Position numbers and translations under genes: made by a program. A stretch of 40,244 bases of DNA from Actinomycetota bacterium. Its GTDB lineage: Bacteria; Actinomycetota; CADDZG01; JAHWKV01; JAOPZY01. The stretch is from contig JAOPZY010000175.1 of the NCBI GenBank assembly GCA_025963875.1, forward strand, positions 1 through 40,244, read 5' to 3'. Positions 36,527-40,244 of the stretch are shown one piece after another. How positions within the stretch are numbered: position 1 is the first letter of the stretch; the number at the start of each line of letters is the position of its first letter. Below the pieces are notes generated by a model. It saw only the letters and a program-made list of their open reading frames with translations. It made no database searches and was not told the origin of the DNA.

Positions 36527-39500
36527 ATGAGCACCACCTCGGGGGACCCCCGCAACCTCAACCACTTCCTCGAGGGGTCCGGGCCGCTGCGGGGCCGGCT
36601 GAACGAGGCCGCCCAGGCGGCGGTGGCGGCGTTCAACGCCTTCGTCGCCACGGGATCGGCCGCCGGGGGGTCGCTCGGCGGCCTGCAGGCCCTCATCCAG
36701 CTGCTCTCGGACATGGGGGCCAACGAGGCGTTCGTCCACTCGATCACCGAGGCCCTGGCGGCGGCCGACCGAAGCGGCCTCGGGGTCGTCAGCGTCTCCG
36801 ACGCCACGCTGGCCGCCCACCTGAAGGCCGACGGGGTGGGGGCCGCCCCCTCCTACATCACCGTCGGCCCGTCCTCGCTCATGGGCCTCCCGCCCACCTC
36901 GGGGTTCGTGGACGACCCGGTGTGCGCCCTCACGGGCAACTTCTTCCACGCCGAGGTCGACCTGTCGTTCCCGGGCAGGGCCGCCCTGCTCGACCTCGCC
37001 CGCCACTACAACTCGCTCGCATCCGGGCGGGTGGGGGCCTTCGGGGCGGGCTGGACCTCTGTGCTCGACATGGCGCTGGTGGCGGGGGCGGGCGAGGGGA
37101 TTACCGTGGCGCTGGCCGACGGGGCCGAGATCGGCTTTCTCGCCGGCGACGACGGGGTGCTTCGCCCCGAGACCCGCCCGAGCCTCTCCCTCGCGCACCT
37201 CGACGACGGGACCTGGGTGCTCGCCGACGGTCCCGCCTCTGCGGCTGCGGCGTGGCGCTTCGACGCCACCGGCACGCTCACGGGGTACTCCCGGGGCCGC
37301 TCGCAGGTTGCGGTCGAGCGCTCGGAGGGGCGGGTGGTGGCCCTGGTGGAGGCCTCCAGCGGGCGGCGGGTCTCGGTGTCGTGGGAGGGGGGCCGTGTGG
37401 CCTCGGCGACCTCGAGCGACGGGCGGTCGGTGGCCTACGCCTACGACGACGGGGGGCACCTCGTTTCGGTGTCCCGCCCCTCGGGCGGGGTCTCCTACCG
37501 CATCGAGTCGGGGCTCGTCGCAGCCGTGGTCGACGCCGACGGGGTCGAGTTGGTCTCCAACGTCTACGACGGGGCGGGGCGGGTCGCCCGCCAGCGCTCC
37601 TCCTTCGGGCGGGTCTCGCTCTACGCCTACTCCGACCACGGCCTCACGGTGGTCACCGACGAGGCGGGATCGGCCCGCAACGCATTCGTGCACGACCGGC
37701 GGGGCAACCTCACGTCGATGGTCGACGCCTACGGGCGGGCGATGCGGATGCGCTACGACGCCTCGGGACGGGTGGTCGGCTTCACCGAGCGCCGGGGCGG
37801 GACCTGGGAGGTCGCCTGGGACGAGGCGGGGAGCAGGCCGGTTCGGCGGGTGGGCCCGGAGGGCTTCGAGGAGTCCTTCGAGTGGGACGGGTCCGGGCGC
37901 ATCGTGGGCCACCACCTGCCGTCGGGGACCACCCGCTGGTCCTACTCGGCGCCTGGGCACGCCACCCCCTCGCTGATCGTCGACCCCGACGGGGCCTCCA
38001 CGCACGTCGAGGTCTCCGACGACGACCTGGCGCTCTCGGTCACCGACGCCGACGGGGTGCGAGTGCAGATGTCCTACGACGCCGACGGCCAGATCGCCAC
38101 GGTCACCGATGCCCTCGGCAACGTGACGCTTCTCTCCTACGACGCCTACGGCAACCTCGCCGCCTGGCGCTTCCCCTCGTCGATGACGGTGTCCTACGAG
38201 GCGGATGCGGCGGGGCGGGTCCTGAGGGCCGTCACCCCCAAGGCGAGGTGGAGCTACGAGTGGTCTCAGGCGGGCCGTGCGCTGGCGGGGGTGGACCCCG
38301 CCGAGGGGCCGTGGCGGGCGAGCTTCGGGGACCACGGGGCGCTGGCCTCGATCTCAGACCCCACCGGGGCGGCCACGGGCTTCTCCTACGACGCCTACGG
38401 CAACGTCGTCGAGATCGCCGGGGCCGACGGGAGGCTCTACCGCCAGGGCTTCGACGGGCTCTCCCAGCTCGTCTCGGTCACCGACCCCGGGGGCTCCACC
38501 TGGTCCTACGAGCACGACCCCGAGGGCGAGCTGGTCGGGATCGTGGAGCCGACGGGGGCGGCGACGAGGAGGGTGGTCGACCTGCTCGGGCGCACCACCG
38601 AGGAGGAAGACGGCGCCGGGAGGACCTGGCGGCGGGTCTGGGGGGCCGACGGGCGTGTCGCCGAGGTCGTCGACCCGGCGGGCCGGGCGCTCTCCTACCG
38701 CTACGACGCCTCGGGGAGGCTGGTGGAGGTGGCGGACCCCGACGGTCCCCTGGGGGAGCTCTCCTGGTCGGCTGCGGGCAGGCTCTCCTCCCGGCGGGAC
38801 GCCTCGGGGGCCGAGACCCGGTTCCGCTACGACGCCGCAGGCCGGCTGGTGGGCGTCGCCGACGACGAGGGGTCGCTCTCCTTCGTGCTCGACGTCGACG
38901 GGCGGGTGGCGCGCGCCGTGGACGAGCGGGGGCGGGTGCTTGTCGTCGAGCGCGACGAGGCTGGCAGGGTGACCAGGGTGGTCGACCGCCGTGGGCGGGT
39001 GCGCCACGTCGACCTGGACGATGCGGGACGCCCCCGCCGGGCGGGGACCGGGCCCGTCGCTGCGGCGTTCTCCTACGACGAACGGGGCCTGCTGGGCACC
39101 GCCGCGGATCCCCTCGGGGCGACGACGAGGTTCTCCTACGACACCGCCGGGCGCATCGCCTCGGCGACGGACCCGCTCGGGGGGACCACCCGCTACGGCT
39201 ACGACCCGGCGGGGCGCCTCGGCTCGGTCACCGACGCCCTGGGGGCCACCTCCCGGCTCCTGCGGGACCCCACGGGTGAGCTGGTGGGCGTGGCGTGGCC
39301 CGACGGGGGCGGGCGGCGGCGCTGGGTCGATCCGTCGGGGGCAACGGTGGGCTTCTCGGAGCTGGGGTCCTCGCAGCCCTCGGTGACCGTCGAGCTCGAC
39401 CCGGCGGGACGTCCGGTGGGCCTTCCATCTCGTCCCGGGACGGCCAGGCTCCCCCGGCGCAGCGACCCCGGCGAGCTTCCCCTCGACGAGGTGGGGCGCG

Positions 39501-40244
39501 TCTCGGCCAGCCCGGCGGGCGACCTCTACCGCCACGACGCCGACGGCCAGCTCGTCGAGTGGGTGGCCCCCGGCAGGCGGGCGGTGTCGTACCGCTATGA
39601 CCTTGGGGGCCGCCTGGTGTCGGAGGGTACCGGTGCGTCCGAGGTCTCGTACGAGCACGACGCCCTGGGGCGGCTGCTGCGGCGGGTCGACGCCGGTGGC
39701 TCGACCACCACCTACGGCTACAACGCCGCCGGGGAGCGGACCTCCGAGGAGGGGCCTTCGGGGTCGGTCGCCTACACCTGGGACGCCGCAGGCAGGCTGG
39801 CGGGCATCGGCCGTGGATCCGAGCGCACCGGGATCTCCTTCGACAACCTCGGGTTCCCGGTGTCGGTGGGCGGCGTGGAGGTGTCCTGGGACCTGAGCGG
39901 CGCCTGGCCGAGGGTGTCGTGGATCGGGGAGGTCTCCTACGAGTGGGAGGGCAATCAGCTCTTCGCCGTGGGCCCCGACGGCTCCCGGGAGGCCGTGGCC
40001 CTGGACTGGGCGGGCAGCGCCGGGGAGGTCCTCGATCCCTGGGGGACCTCGTCGGGGAGCGGGGTGCGACTCGGCTACCGGGGCGAGCTGTGCATCGACC
40101 ACCTGGTGTGGCTGGGTGCCCGGCCCTACGACCCCGCCACCCGCTCGTTCCTGGCGCCGGACCCGCTCCCGAACCCGCCGGGGGCGCCGTGCGCCGCCAA
40201 CCCCTACCACTACGCCTGGAACGACCCGGTCAGCCTGCTCGACC
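36527..40244 (+). CDS. Rhs/YD-repeat polymorphic toxin (3' truncated by window end; not in the ORF track)
   Basis: Translated by hand from ATG 36527 and spot-checked in frame to the end: helical N-term, GFVDDPVCALTGNF...RHYNS...FGAGWTS (DUF6531-type), many YD repeats, Rhs core LGYRGEL..LVWLGARPYDPATRSFLAPDP...NPYHYAWNDPVSLLD. Confidence 0.9.
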   Translation, partial: MSTTSGDPRNLNHFLEGSGPLRGRLNEAAQAAVAAFNAFVATGSAAGGSLGGLQALIQLLSDMGANEAFVHSITEALAAADRSGLGVVSVSDATLAAHLKADGVGAAPSYITVGPSSLMGLPPTSGFVDDPVCALTGNFFHAEVDLSFPGRAALLDLARHYNSLASGRVGAFGAGWTSVLDMALVAGAGEGITVALADGAEIGFLAGDDGVLRPETRPSLSLAHLDDGTWVLADGPASAAAAWRFDATGTLTGYSRGRSQVAVERSEGRVVALVEASSGRRVSVSWEGGRVASATSSDGRSVAYAYDDGGHLVSVSRPSGGVSYRIESGLVAAVVDADGVELVSNVYDGAGRVARQRSSFGRVSLYAYSDHGLTVVTDEAGSARNAFVHDRRGNLTSMVDAYGRAMRMRYDASGRVVGFTERRGGTWEVAWDEAGSRPVRRVGPEGFEESFEWDGSGRIVGHHLPSGTTRWSYSAPGHATPSLIVDPDGASTHVEVSDDDLALSVTDADGVRVQMSYDADGQIATVTDALGNVTLLSYDAYGNLAAWRFPSSMTVSYEADAAGRVLRAVTPKARWSYEWSQAGRALAGVDPAEGPWRASFGDHGALASISDPTGAATGFSYDAYGNVVEIAGADGRLYRQGFDGLSQLVSVTDPGGSTWSYEHDPEGELVGIVEPTGAATRRVVDLLGRTTEEEDGAGRTWRRVWGADGRVAEVVDPAGRALSYRYDASGRLVEVADPDGPLGELSWSAAGRLSSRRDASGAETRFRYDAAGRLVGVADDEGSLSFVLDVDGRVARAVDERGRVLVVERDEAGRVTRVVDRRGRVRHVDLDDAGRPRRAGTGPVAAAFSYDERGLLGTAADPLGATTRFSYDTAGRIASATDPLGGTTRYGYDPAGRLGSVTDALGATSRLLRDPTGELVGVAWPDGGGRRRWVDPSGATVGFSELGSSQPSVTVELDPAGRPVGLPSRPGTARLPRRSDPGELPLDEVGRVSASPAGDLYRHDADGQLVEWVAPGRRAVSYRYDLGGRLVSEGTGASEVSYEHDALGRLLRRVDAGGSTTTYGYNAAGERTSEEGPSGSVAYTWDAAGRLAGIGRGSERTGISFDNLGFPVSVGGVEVSWDLSGAWPRVSWIGEVSYEWEGNQLFAVGPDGSREAVALDWAGSAGEVLDPWGTSSGSGVRLGYRGELCIDHLVWLGARPYDPATRSFLAPDPLPNPPGAPCAANPYHYAWNDPVSLLD

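Noticed and set aside
39400..39500. Possible frameshift in the Rhs at an atypical-looking segment (LPSRPGTARLPRRSDPGELPLDEVGR)
   Set aside because: The reading frame is the same before and after and has no stop; it is likely just a divergent or shortened repeat

Overview
High-GC window, most likely from an Actinomycetota genome. Evidence: RpoC carries the actinobacterial coiled-coil insertion, NusG has an acidic N-extension, and a surface protein has GYWLVASDGG repeats of the kind I associate with Acidimicrobiia-like lineages. Positions 1-27.7 kb are the core translation/transcription supercluster on the minus strand: tRNA-Thr, tRNA-Met, tuf, rpmG, [SDR, ECF sigma/anti-sigma, small membrane protein], tRNA-Trp, secE, nusG, rplKA, rplJL, rpoBC, [AbiEi/DUF559 and DUF4190 genes on +], rpsLG, fusA (no tuf after it), the S10 block and the start of the spc block. 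Positions 27.8-40.2 kb are a plus-strand accessory region. It holds an Ig-repeat/beta-propeller surface protein, two small genes, and a compact type VII secretion-like operon: a tandem double-WXG100 protein, a ubiquitin-like+FHA+TM+triple-ATPase EssC/EccC, a WXG100-like partner, and an Rhs/YD-repeat toxin that runs off the window just before its C-terminal toxin domain. Intergenic DNA contains two dispersed palindromic repeat types (one with compensatory base changes), a paired ECF promoter motif, an L10 leader and a candidate fusA attenuator. All family calls come from motif recognition by eye, not database searches.
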